From Octopus vulgaris (lineage: Eukaryota), in NCBI GenBank assembly GCA_951406725.2, contig OX597823.1, forward strand, positions 3,286,001 to 3,350,000: DNA of 64,000 nt, given 5' to 3'. Below the pieces are notes generated by a model. The model searched no databases and was not told the DNA's origin. It saw nothing but the letters and a program-made list of their open reading frames with translations. Positions 1-12,589 of the stretch are shown here, piece after piece (positions within the stretch are counted from its first letter, which is position 1; each line of letters opens with the position of its first letter). Made by a program: the position numbers and the translations under genes.

Positions 1-1586
1 AATTTAATATCAAAAGTAGATAAGTTATACGTTCTGTAAACTTGGGATCCCCATCATATGACAGGTCCTAAACTTTTAATCTACATGGTAACAAAAATGA
101 GTGACAGAATTCTTATAGCTGGGATGTGTGTGAAGTTGGAACATCCACTGCAATGGATGCAAATAAGCACAATGGCGAAGTGTACGGAGGGAAGAAATGA
201 TATAAAATGCATCTTGCATTTCTTATACTTTTTCCTATAAGTGTGTGTGTGTGTGTGTGTGTGTGTAATCCAGCTGAATAGGAAAGTTCAGGTCGGAGAT
301 AATTAGAGAATCTTTTTGAGTGGTCTATTTGAGAACTGTAGCTATAAGATTGTATAACAGTACCCTGTCTTGTTGGCTATTTATTTGTTTTAGCATGACT
401 GAAGACTTCATCTTCACAAATGAATTTACTTAATAAGTCTTAATCTCCCCAATCACATCAAATTTGTTCAAAAATGTATAAAGAAGATAACAAAATGATG
501 GGTTAACACTTTGAGCTGGGGTTGGATTTTCTGTCGAAGACCTTGGAGTAGAGAAATAGATTAAAGACTGACATGGAACCTAGCATAAAAGGAAATATTG
601 ATAATGTCTAAAATATTAGTGAAGTAGAGATGAAAGCCTTGAGTTGTTTGTATAAAATCTCAGATATTTCTATTGTTGGGTGATGGTCAATGCAATGAAA
701 ACTTGTGTATAACAACAGTTGGTATTTTAGTCATTGCTTTCTAGTTTGGGCAAGGAATTTTTCTCAAAAAACTTATTCCCATAATTCTTTCATATCTGTA
801 AATGACATTAAATCATCATTAGTTCACATGGTTATATGGAATGGCAGGCAGAGAGTTAGGTTTTCTGATTTTCATGTTTGACATTTGAGGACTTTGGTCT
901 CCAATTATTCAAAATTACTAACAATAACACTAAAAAGATTGATACAAAGAGGGTAGGTATGACTAATCCAAAAGTGACCCTCCAGTCTATCTAACCCCTA
1001 AACAACAATTCTCTTTACATTTATTCTCCACTCCATATATTTATATTTTTAATGCTTTTTATATTCTTCATATGACAATACTGTTCTCTCTCTCTTCATT
1101 ACACTCTAACTTGCCCTCCTTTCTTTTTCAACTGAAGTAGGTGTCTTGCTAGAGACACCTATCTCTGTACCTCTAGTCTCCTATCAATTGGCACAGCGCC
1201 ACTACCCCCTCTACTACTCGCTCCTCCCAGCTGAGGGGGACCATGTCTTAAAAGTTATTTGGTAACCCAGTCAGTGCTGATGCCACACAAAAGGCACTGG
1301 GGCAGGGCCCACATAGAAAGCACCTGGCACACTGTGTAAAGTGGTTGGTGTTAGGAAGGGCATCCAGCTGTAGAAACCATACCAAAACAGACAAATGGAG
1401 CCTGGTGTGGTTCTTGGCCTTACCAGCTCCTGTCCAACCCATGCCAGCATGGAAAAACAGACGTTAAACAATGAAGATGATATGTATGTATATATCCTAC
1501 TCTCACTCATCCTATACTTTCTACTTTTTTAATATAAACTCATGTTAAAGTAAACCAAACAGCTTCATTACAAAACAAATGCTTGT

Positions 1587-1622
<36 letters not shown>

Positions 1623-2062
1623 CTATCTTAATGTCCAATTCAATAACAGTGAATGTATTTAACATGAATGATTGTTGCAAGTAGTGAATCAAAAAACTAC
1701 TTGAGATGAGTTTTTTTTTTTCTCCATGTCATCTCAAACGACAATGATTTGTCCTCAGTCTTTTGGTCATCTATAATCAATGTGGCCTCTCTCTTAAAGA
1801 CAATGATTATTGTTATTATTAAAGAGGCAAGCTGGCAGAATCATTAGCATACTGGTTAAGATGCTTAGCAGCATTTTTTCCAGTTTTTTAGGTGTTAGGT
1901 TCAAATCCCACCAAAGGTTGGTTTTGCTTTTTGTCCTTTTGGGGTTGTCAATAAAATCAGCACCAGCTGAGTAATGGGGTCGATATAATTGGATCTGTCC
2001 CTTCTAAAATTACTGGCTTTGCACCAAAATTTCAAACCATTGTTATTATTATTATTATTATT

Positions 2063-2275
2063 AAGGTGGTGAGCTGGCAGAATTGTTAGTAGACTGGGTA
2101 AAGTGCTTAGTGGTATTTTGTCTGTCTTTACGTTCTGAGTTCAAATTCCGCCGAGGTCGACTTTGCCTTTCATCCTTTCGGGGTTGATAAATTAAGTACC
2201 AGTTGCATACTGGGGTTGATACTGGACCCCCCCCAAAAAAAAAAAATTTCAGGCCTTGTACCTAGAGTAGAAAAG
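2063..2275 (+). mobile_element. tRNA-derived SINE (family A), representative copy
   Basis: gagctggcagaa...gagttcaaattcc...gactttgcctttcatcctttcggggt. Many copies, often tandem and next to (AAT)n, e.g. 7034-7430, 9826-10035, 12588-13005, 35000-35190(-), 51635-51850(-), 54065-54460(-). Confidence 0.85.
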
Positions 2276-2929
2276 ATTACTGGGATAAATGCTTACCAGC
2301 ATTTAGTCTGCATGTTCTGATTTCAAATTCCGCCAAGGTCAACTTTGCCTTTCATTCTTTCGAGGGGTCAATAAAACAAGTATCAGTTTTATCTGGGGTC
2401 AATGTAATTGACTATCACCCTCCAGAATTTCAGGCCTTATGCCTATAATAGAAAGGATTATTAAGGAGACAGCAAAAGCTGGCAGAATGGTTAGCACACC
2501 AGGCAAGATGTTCAGTGGCATTTTGTCCATCTTTATGTTCAAATACCGCCAAGGCTGACTTTGCCTTACATCCTTTCAGGGTCAATAAAATAAGTACCGG
2601 TTGTGTACTGGGGTTGATGTAATCAACTTACCCCCTACCCCCGAAATTGCTGGCCCTGTGCCAAAATTTGAAACTATTATTATTATTATTAATATTATTA
2701 TAATTATTATTATTTCTCTTTAACTGATGGGAACAGACAGAAGAGTCTATTTTTTACTCCAATTGTGCAATGGCAGGTGAGAAATAATTTTTCTTAATAT
2801 TTTCTTCGTTTATAATCTTTACTTGATGGAAACCTATTCATTTTTCTTTTTTAGCTTTCGCTAAATCCATTTCCTTTCATGTTTTATTTTTGCGAAAGCC
2901 AATCATCTATGTGTAATTTGTATTTCCTC

Positions 2930-2964
<35 letters not shown>

Positions 2965-3060
2965 ATGGTAAGGTCAGATCTTAGGATGTTGAACCCCACA
3001 AACATGTTTGAAAGGTGAGTGATTAAACAAATGGTGATGATGACAATGATAGTGATATGT

Positions 3061-3091
<31 letters not shown>

Positions 3092-3486
3092 CATATAGAC
3101 CCATGTACATACTGATATAATGAAGGCACATACATCATATATACATACATACATATATCACCGTGACCGACCAGGCTATCAGATGTTGCTACACATCGCT
3201 GGTCACTATGCGCTTCGCATTGTTTTAGCCTTCAAATGACGCCACCCCGCTGGCTAAGCGAGCAGGCCAACAGAAGAAAGAGTGAAAGAGACAGCAGGGA
3301 CTGCCCCGCCCCTGCCAGAGCCTTGTGGAGCTTTAGATGATTTCGCTCAATAAACACAATGCCTGGTCTGGGAATCGAAACTGCGGTCCTACAGCCGCGA
3401 ATCCACTGCCCTAACCACTGGGCCAATACCCCTCCACATATATATATATACACACACACACACATACATACATACATACATATATA

Positions 3487-3690
3487 TAGGGTGTTCAAAA
3501 AGTCTCTCTGCAGTGATTTTTTTTTTTTAAGAGTCAACTTTTCTATTGAAAATAAAGAACAACACTTTCAACACTTCTTGTAAGTTTTTTTAGAGTCTTG
3601 TAAAGTCTAATATATTCTTTTGTCGTCTTACACCATTTTATAAATTTGTTTTGCAATAAAACACTGCGGAGAGACTTTTTGAATACTCTG
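3487..3690. mobile_element. Tc1/mariner-like MITE
   Basis: About 28-bp TIRs agggtgttcaaaaagtctctctgcagtg and cactgcggagagactttttgaatactct, TA-rich left flank. Confidence 0.7.
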
Positions 3691-6600
3691 TCTACACACA
3701 TATACAGGCACAGGCATGGTAAGAGGCTTGCTTCCCAACTGCATGGTTCTGGGTTCAGTCCCACAGCATGACATCCTGGGCAGGTGTTTTCTTCTATAGC
3801 CTTGGATCTTGTGAGTCGATTTGCTTGACAGAAACTGAAAGAAGCCTGATATATGTGTGTGGGGGTTTATCCTCCACCACCTCTTGGCAACCAGTGTTTG
3901 TGTGTTTACATCCCTGTAACTTAGCAGTTTGGCAAAATAGACTAATAGAATAAACATCAGGCTTTAAAAAATTTAAGTACTGGGGTTAATTTGTTCAACT
4001 AAAATTCGAGGTGGTGCCCCAGCATGGCCACAGTCTAATGACTAAAACAAAGAAAAGATAAAATATCCCTTATAAACCTCAATCTGTGTGCAGGTAGATT
4101 GTTGAAAGCCTGATAAACTGGTATTTGTCTTGAGAAAGCATCTCTTATAGACATACAGTGTTAAAAAATCACAGAAATTTATCAGTAGCAGACAACACTT
4201 GTCCCACAGCGGTGACAGTGGTGGTGATGTTGTTAAATATGCATTTCTGTGTTTGAGCTCAGTCAGTAGCAAGTATTCTCTGCCAACCACGTCCAAACAG
4301 AGCCAGCTGCTTTTGATATAAAACACAGATTGCTGTTTTGAGCTAAAACTACTTCTGTCCCCCACAACAAATGTGTATGTGTATACCCACAAGCCATCAT
4401 AAAGGAAAATGGAGAGCTATACATCTTCAAAACTTGCTTATTACAGTATTATTTTCATAAAATTCCAATCCGACACGTGTTTCTCCTGCATAAATGTCCT
4501 TTCATCTAGCTTCTATGTGCTCTTAGTTGTGTAATTGTTTATCTTGAACAATTCTCTATATTTCCTGTCAGTCAATGTGGTTAGTCATATCTGGAGTGTA
4601 TCAAAGTACCTGTCCAGATTCCAAATCCCTATTCCTTTACCTTATGTGTGAGTGTGTGTGTTGGTTCTATTTGTTTCAGGTTCCATTTCACTGCATGTCA
4701 CTGTGAACAAGGGTTTTTCTACCAAAACCTTGTCAGTGGAACTGGATAATTGGCAACTGTGGGGAATGGCCTGCACATGTAAATTTAAAGGGCCTTCCTT
4801 GTCACTCTGCATTTGCTTGGGAGCTGGGGGTTATATAGTATTGAGGCTACCAGTGCTTGTTGGAATACTCGACTACAAACACTAAATCAGTGACTAGGTA
4901 GTCGCAACTCCAAGTGGAACACTTATTTGTAAATATTGCTGAGAGAGTACACACACACACACACACATTGCTGAACGAATTAGTTTGGTTATTTTACTGA
5001 AATTTGAAATAAAAACTTTTTAAAATCTTCCTTAGTTTAAATATTTTATTTCTGCTCTTTTATTATTTCTCTCTCTTGTTCAGTCAGTTCCCTTCTTCCC
5101 CTGGAAATATTTCCAAGGCTTCTTTCATGGATTCCTCTCTTCACCTCTTCTTCCCTTGCAGCACATTTTTCTTTAACACATTTCAAACATGTCTTAATCC
5201 TTTTCTTCTTATTTCTATCTTTGTTATTCTGCACATTTTTCTTTCTTGTCTTCATCAACAACTATAATCGCCATCTCTTCAATATTTTTATTCTATTCTT
5301 GTTTCATAAAATTTTTTTCTCTCCACGCTTTCAGTGTGTGCACTTGGTACATTCTATTAGCTTTGCCACTATCCCAAAACATACATGTATGTGTGACTGT
5401 GATTACACACACACACACACACACACTGAGGCTTTTGTGTGCTTGAATTTATGTCTACTTTGAATGTGTAAAAACCAAGGCAAAAATTTGACAACCTGTG
5501 TTTTTTTTGTTTTTAAATATTTCCACAACCATTGGTCTTGCACTGTTTCCCAGCACTAACCTCACAACTATTTGGCTGTGATAACTTAATGAGAATTCCC
5601 CGTATATCTTACGTATCTCACAGCCCTACATCAAGTAATAATAGGAATGGTTCGTGTCCCTGGGCCCATGCCTGTAGCTTTCATTCTGTCACATGGATTT
5701 GATCCTACCCACCTCGACCTAATAGTTTCAAGGAGACAGCTTCAGACAGATGAAACCAAACCTATTCCCACTTTTCTGCTTAATGAACCCACCTTTACTA
5801 CCTGTTAACGTAGGAAAGTAATATGTGGCTTAATATCAGTTGAGCTTCATCTTCTTTCATTGCTATTCTGTGTTCATTTTGCGGCATGCTCCCCCTACAA
5901 TCTACAACTGGAAATATAGGGTCCCCATTTTAAAGACACACTATACCTTTTACTGGAACAGCTTTGGTTGTCTTTTCATACAAAGTGAGATGAACCTGTC
6001 CTTGAATATTTTCATCATCTCCAACTTGAGGAGTCAGTCTATCGTTTGTTTTGTTCTCTTTCGTATTTAGAGGCAGGCATGTGTCATTTAAAATTTGTTC
6101 AAATCCATTAAAAAGGAGTTTTGTTTTTCTGTTCCCTCCAGAAACGATGAGTAACAATATCAACGTTGCACCAATCAACTACGCTCACTCTTTTCAAAAA
6201 AACAAAAAATTGCCATTTTCATAGTGAAACCAAATATGGGGCCACAACAACCTGTGGAGTCATTTAGATGTCGAGTCTCTTTGGTTAGGGATCTGGAAGG
6301 GACAAACTGGGGGATGAATGGGACGAGATGACCTTAGCAATTCTTAGTTCAAGTTTTAAAGATAGGTAGTAGAAGGAAAGGTAGGCAGATGTCCTGTAGT
6401 ATGGACATAGAGTAAGATTTATTATGGTATGTCAGTGGTGGGGTGTGTGTGTGTGTTATAGTGTGTCTATGTTGATGTAATGAACCCTATAGTGGAAGAA
6501 GGAGATCTGGGGTAGGATGGTGTGGTGTGTTGCAGAGGTGGGATATGTTAGAGTATAACATTTAACTTTGTATGTTTGCCTTGTATGACAGTGTTTGTTT

Positions 6601-8559
6601 TAGAATAATGTTAAGTAACCATCAGGCTATTTGCAATCACTTGTCCTTAAACATGGAACTACCTTAAGATTGTTCCATAAAATATACCCTTATCCTACCC
6701 TGCAAGCTTATGCAAATACAAAATACACTTATAAATGAATTTGTTTTCTTATTAAATTCTTGCCAGTTTGAATGGAGCCGAGAGTGTAGTTTGTTTCAAA
6801 CTACACTCACCCCCCCCTCGTTAACGATTTAATATTTCAGTCGTCCGTTCTGTTATTGTTGCATCGCACTCTAACTCCACACATACAGGTATTCACATAG
6901 ACACACCCAGGTGAGTTTTAGCTTGTAAATATATGCGACTACAAAGTAATAATCTCCAATCATGATTATGAAGATATGAACGAATTATTAACATCAACCT
7001 AATAATAATCATAATAATAATAATGGTAGTGATAAGGCAGCGAACTGGCAGGAACGTTAGCATCCTGGGCAAAATGCTTAGCGGTATTTTGTCTGCCGCT
7101 ATGTTCTGAGTTCAAATTCCGCCGAGGTCGACTTTGCCTTTCATCCTTTCGGGGTCAATTAAATAAGTACCAGTTACACACTGGGGTCGATATAATCGAC
7201 TTAATCCGTTTGTTTGTCCTCTCTGTGTTTAGCCCCTTGTGGGTTGTAAAGAAATAGGTATTTCGTCTGCCGTTATGTTTTGAGTTCAAATACCACCGAA
7301 GTTGACTTTGCCTTTCATCCTTTCGGGGTCTATTAAATAAGTACCAGTTGCACACTGGGGTCGATCTAATTTCCTACCCCCCACCCACCCCCACCCACAA
7401 AAATTTCAGGCCTTGTGCCTAGAGTAGAAAAAAATAATGGTGATGATGATTTTTTTTTTGTCTCCAGTGATCAGGTGTGCTACAGAATTGTGCATAGATG
7501 TAGAAAATTATACTGAAGTATGTATGGAATGATTTGTGAGAATATTTTCCAAATTGTTGGTAAACTGGCACCGGGAACGAAGCAAGTGTGGTGCCTTTGC
7601 TTGATTCTACTACTGTTATTCCAAGAGATCACAAGCTATAAAGGCATGGTTACAGCCTTGCATTTTGGCGTTTATATATTAGCCTCGTAACAGTATAAGA
7701 ACTAAAAAGGAATGTTTAATATGATGAAGTGCATTTTCATGTTTAAAACAGAATCTTGAAGAAGGAATCCCAAACATATAGCACAAGTTTTTGGGGCCGT
7801 TAAAGGGACAGGTTTAGGTTCATCTATAGTCTCCATGTGTTGGTGTAATGGTAGTTATGTAGGGAATTATGATTAATTTTAGGAGGTAAACTATGTAGGG
7901 AGATAATTGTGTTTGAAAATATATTTTGTTGTAAACTTTATAGTTGATTTGTTTGTTGTTTTATGTATTGTGTTGTTATTGTCTCTTGCCAGCTTTATTA
8001 GCGCTACTACTGTTTGAAGATTGAACAGTTACATTATAAAAGCACAATAGATTTAAGGTTCATTGATTATTGAAGGGAGATCAATATTAGTAGCTGGATT
8101 TCAGGTGTTGAACTGCCAGAATCATTAGTTGGCCAAGCAAAATGCTTACCGGCATTTTGTCTGTCTTTATGTTCTGAGTTCAGATGCAGCTGGGGTTGAC
8201 TTTACTTTCCATCCTTTCGGGGTCCATAGAAAACGTAACAACTGAATGCTAGGGGTTGATTTAATTGACTTACCCCCCCCAAAAAAAAAAACTGCTGGCC
8301 TTGTGCCCATATTTGAAATTCAACTCTAGTGGAGACAACAAGGTAGAAATCAGTGATTGGTGAAATATAACAACAATATTTAGTAACTTTTTAGGTTTGT
8401 GAAGTCTCTAGGGACTCCATGATAAATGCTTTAAGGATGCTTTTTTTTCTTGCTTTTGTCCTCCTGATATTAAAGTCGAGAGCCAGAACAATGAGACGCT
8501 GCTCTTACTACAACTGTATCAAAGAGTTTCTGTCAGATGATGCTCGGCTGTGCTGGAAC

Positions 8560-9125
8560 AAATATTTGGTGACACAAAACGTATCGGTTTATAATACTGG
8601 GAACAAACCTTCTGTAATTTGTTGATTGGTGATACAGCAATGGCTATTTTTATAATATTGGCATGTATTAATCATTTGGAATAACATTTGGTGACACAGG
8701 GATATCACTGGGCAAAATGTTTGTTGGGAACACATCTTCATATTTGATGTTGATTGGTAATACAAGGATAACTTTTCCTTTTGTGTAAAATTGGTGGGCA
8801 AAACAGGGATAACATTTTCTTCTCTCTAATATTGATTGGCAACTGAGGGTTAACCCATCTTCCTTCTGTCTGATATTGGTTAGAAATAATACAAGGGTAA
8901 CAATTCCTCCAGAAAAAAAATGGTGATTTGTAACACAGAAATAACACTGCCTCCTATTAAATGCTGATTGGCAACAGGGATAACCGTTCCTCATGTCAAA
9001 TTTTGGTTGGTAACATAAGGACAATGCTTCCTCCTACCAAAAATGGTTTTTATTGGTGACGGGAATAAGATTCCCTGCCAAGCGTTGATTGACAACACAG
9101 GGATAATGCTTCCTGCCAAATGTCG
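8560..9125. repeat. degenerate minisatellite, ~35-40-bp unit
   Basis: About a dozen or more recurrences of (g)attggYaaYacagggataac...ttcct. Confidence 0.7.
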
Positions 9126-10777
9126 GTAAAAGACACTTTTTGCTTTTTTATTTCATTTTTTTTTTCAATGAAAAAAACACTTTTTTCGGCGTGTCTGTGT
9201 ATATATTTTTAAATTCTCATCTGTCTGCTCTAAAAGTAGAGTATATTTGTTGGAGTGATGACGACGACGACATTTTAGAATGAGACGGATGAGAGGAAGC
9301 TGGCAGGGATCAAGGCAGGGATGGGAATTCATGTCAGCTCAGTGTGTACGTCAGCGTCAGTGCATGTGTGCGTTCCTCGATGCATGCACAAACGTCTGTG
9401 AGTGTGTGTGTGTCTGGTTGTCGATGCCTCTTTCTATACACTTTGTATAGGTCACCCAGTCTGTATCAATTCTTAATCCCCACCTCCCTCTCTCTCTCTC
9501 CAAGTATTTATGTACATCTGTCAATATGTAAATACAGACACACACATGCAGAAGAACATGTTTGATGTCAATTTGTGTAGAAATAAACTTTCAAAAAAAT
9601 AATTTTAAAATTTGCTTTCTTTCCTTGTTTTCTGTTTCTGTTATTTTTAATACCAGTCATACATTGAGGTCAGTTTAATTGACTGCACCAGTTCTCTAAA
9701 GTATATAGTTTCAGACTGATGGAAGGGATCATCATTATTATAACAGCAGCCTGCCCCCAGATTTCGGGTTTTCTACCTAATCGTCATCGTCATCATTATT
9801 GTTATTATCAAAGGGCCAGGCAAGTCGAGCTGGCAGAATCATTAGCATGCTGGACAAAATGCTTAGTGGCATTTCATCTGTCTTTGTTCTGAGTTCAAAT
9901 TCTGCCAAGGTCGACTTTGCCTTTCATCCATTTTGGGGTCAATAAAATAAGTACCAGTTGAGCACTGGGGTCAATGTAATCAACTTGACCCCTCCCCACA
10001 AATTTCAGGATTTGTGCCTATAAAAGAAAGGATTATTATTATGAAAGGGCAGTGGATTGATAGAACTGGTTATGTTAGACAAATGCCTTGTGGTATTAAC
10101 TGTGTCCTTTTATGTTCTGAGTTCGTCTTTCCTGCTTCCACGGATGATAGAATAAACATCACTTCTGGCACCCAGACAGCCAACTCTTCCCCTTTGTAGT
10201 CTTCTGCCTTTCATAGAGGTCATTATTATTGTTGTTGTTGTTATCGTTATTAAGGCAGAGAGTTGCTTCAGTTCCTCAATGGCTTCGACAAAATGCTTCT
10301 TTCGTCTGGCTCATGGCATTCTGAGTTCAGATTCCATTGATGTTCGCTTTACCTTTCATCCTTTTGGAAACATTAACAAAGAACCAGTCAAACACTGAGG
10401 TCAGTGTAACTCGACTGTTCTTTCATCCAACATTTGTGACCGGGGCCTCTCTATGAAACCCTTTCAGCATGAAGAAGGACAGTGCGTCGGAAGAAGTGTC
10501 CAAGTGTTGCCTGTTTTCTCATGGCCAAATGTTTTCAAGGAAGAGTTGAAATAAACAGCACCACTTCTATGACAGTGAGGTTCACTTTCAACTATCAGGT
10601 AATCCAAGACAAGGGCACACCTACACACACTGGCCTTGTTTCAGCTTCTGTCTCTCCGATTCACTAAAACCGCTTTGCTGCCATGAAGTGCATCTGGGCA
10701 AAGAAAACCTGCTCCAGCAAATTCAGCCAGACGTATGCAATCATGGAAACGATGATGATGACGATGACGATGCCATA

Positions 10778-11098
10778 TGTACATTATTTACATTATTTAC
10801 ATTATTTACATTTGACGGATATTTGTCCTCATCTTGTTTCTTTGTTAACACAACCTTTTAGCTGATACACCCTCCTGCCTTCATCAGGTGTCTTGGGGAA
10901 ATTTCGAACCAGGGTTCTCATTCCTAAGGTATTTTTCGATATTACTATCATTATTATTCAGGTCACTGCTTGGAATTGAACTCAGAATCTTGGGGTTAGT
11001 AGCCCACACTCTTAACCACTACACCATATGCCCGTGGGACAAATATCCATCAAATGTAAATAGTGTACATAATTCCTCATCTCTTAAATATAGAACTG
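10778..11098 (-). mobile_element. tRNA-headed short element with a decayed hammerhead-like motif and an inverted copy of its 3' end
   Basis: A box TGGTGTAGTGG, B box GAGTTCAATTCC, CUGAUGA at 10881-10887, (AAATAATGT)n tail, inverted 3' segment from 11037. Partial second copy at about 16013-16160. Confidence 0.7.
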
Positions 11099-11200
11099 GA
11101 TGCTATATATAGTTTATTGTTCCATTGAGGAAGGATCAACAAATGAGTACTTCATCCGTTGAGAGATGAATATCATTTAATGTAGACAGGAATGAAAATA

Positions 11201-11279
11201 AGAGCTGCGAATAGTTTCTTGCCTTTGAAACATGGATTTTTATTACATGCCTTGTATCTTCAAGCAATCATCAGGCTCT
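11201..11279 (-). ncRNA. near-canonical hammerhead motif in an old PLE 3' remnant
   Basis: AGAGC-CUGAUGA-UUGC...GCAA-GAAAC-UAUUC-GCA-GCUCU: 5-bp stem I and long stem II, but the triplet is GCA instead of GUA. Confidence 0.6.
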
Positions 11280-12091
11280 GGGCACATGGTTCAGATTGAA
11301 AATCAGGATACATGAGAAACCATGAGAAAAACAAGAAGGTCAATGCAAAAAGTGGATTGAGAAGATAAAGGGTGAATAAAAACAGAAAAAAAAAGGCAAG
11401 AAAAGAACATTAAGGTTACATCCCCTTTGATTGTAGAAATTGTGATTAAACTAATAAATGTAGAATAATTCAATGGAGAGGAGTTGAAAGTCCATGAGAC
11501 AGTTATTCAATCCAGAGAGGATGGTGTCCTCCAGTTTGAGAAAAGAAATTCGTCCATATGCTTTCACTTATACTAATTTCAGATCCAAAATTTTCAGCAA
11601 ATATGAGCATATGGACAAATTACTTGGAGACACGAGGCATGTTATAAAAATCTGCCTAACCATGTCTCAATGGCAAAAAACTATTGGTAGCTCTTATTTT
11701 AATATGGTGTACATTAAGTGGTATGTGTGTATGTGCTGGTGCCACAAAAAGTACCCAGTACACTGCAAAGTGGTTGGTATTAGAAAAGGCATCCAGCCGT
11801 AGAGGCCAAAGCAGACAATGGAATCTGTTGTGGCTGTCCCACTTGCTTTGCTCCTGTCAAACCGTCCAACCCATGCCAGCATAGAAAGCAGATGTTAAAG
11901 GATGATTTTGATGATGATACATGCAGTATTTTTAATAAAAGTATAAAAAACTTATGTATTGAGTTCTTGGCTGTTTATTCAACCAACCTGTATCTGTATG
12001 TGTGTGTGTGTGTGTTATATGTAGTGGTGGTTATAGTGAATATAATACAGCCATAGTGACTAATGATGGTGGTGGTGGTGATGATAGTCCG

Positions 12092-12097
12092 TTTATT
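12092..12097 (-). promoter_or_regulatory. candidate polyadenylation signal AATAAA of the protease gene
   Basis: First AATAAA on the minus strand, about 90 nt after the predicted stop. Confidence 0.4.
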
Positions 12098-12184
12098 GGT
12101 ACATTTTGATGTCTGCTGTCAGTAAAGTTGGTGCTGACATTAGCTTCCTGTCATCCATAGTGTCACTTGGCATAAATTCTTCGT

Positions 12185-12239
12185 CTACTCCACCACCCCC
12201 TTCGCTGTTTTACTGTTGGTGCCACCAGTGAGCAGATCT
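12185..12239 (-). CDS. probable terminal coding exon (ADLLTGGTNSKTAKGVVE*)
   Basis: Strong acceptor ctctctttattttccag, phase 2 matches exon P, TAG at 12185-12187. No homology support. Confidence 0.6.
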
Positions 12240-12547
12240 CTGGAAAATAAAGAGAGGAAACTGTCAGAAAGGTGAATACTGTGATTGGTTTAATTCATTG
12301 ATTATTCATCAATGGCAGTGCTATTGATGAATAATTTGTTAGCTTGCAGCTCCTGGTTCAGTTCCTGCAACCACAAGAGCTACTTGTGAACGGTCAGAAC
12401 CTTTCCAGAGGAAAGAAACCTCTTTTATTTCTTAACATTAGAGAAACAAAAGCTAAACATCTGCCCCTGCGGAGCTTTGTTTCTACTTCACTTCTAACAA
12501 GGGATGAAGCTACCTGCTAAGCATAATGATAATAATAATAATAACAA

Positions 12548-12589
<42 letters not shown>

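Noticed and set aside
5711-5750. Hammerhead-like CUGAAGC...GAAAC...GUC on the minus strand
   Set aside because: The core is mutated and stems I and II do not pair, so it is indistinguishable from chance by eye.
10960-11036. Functional tRNA genes (also other SINE heads, e.g. 59312-59385)
   Set aside because: A and B boxes are present but acceptor stems do not pair, and each continues into a repeat body.
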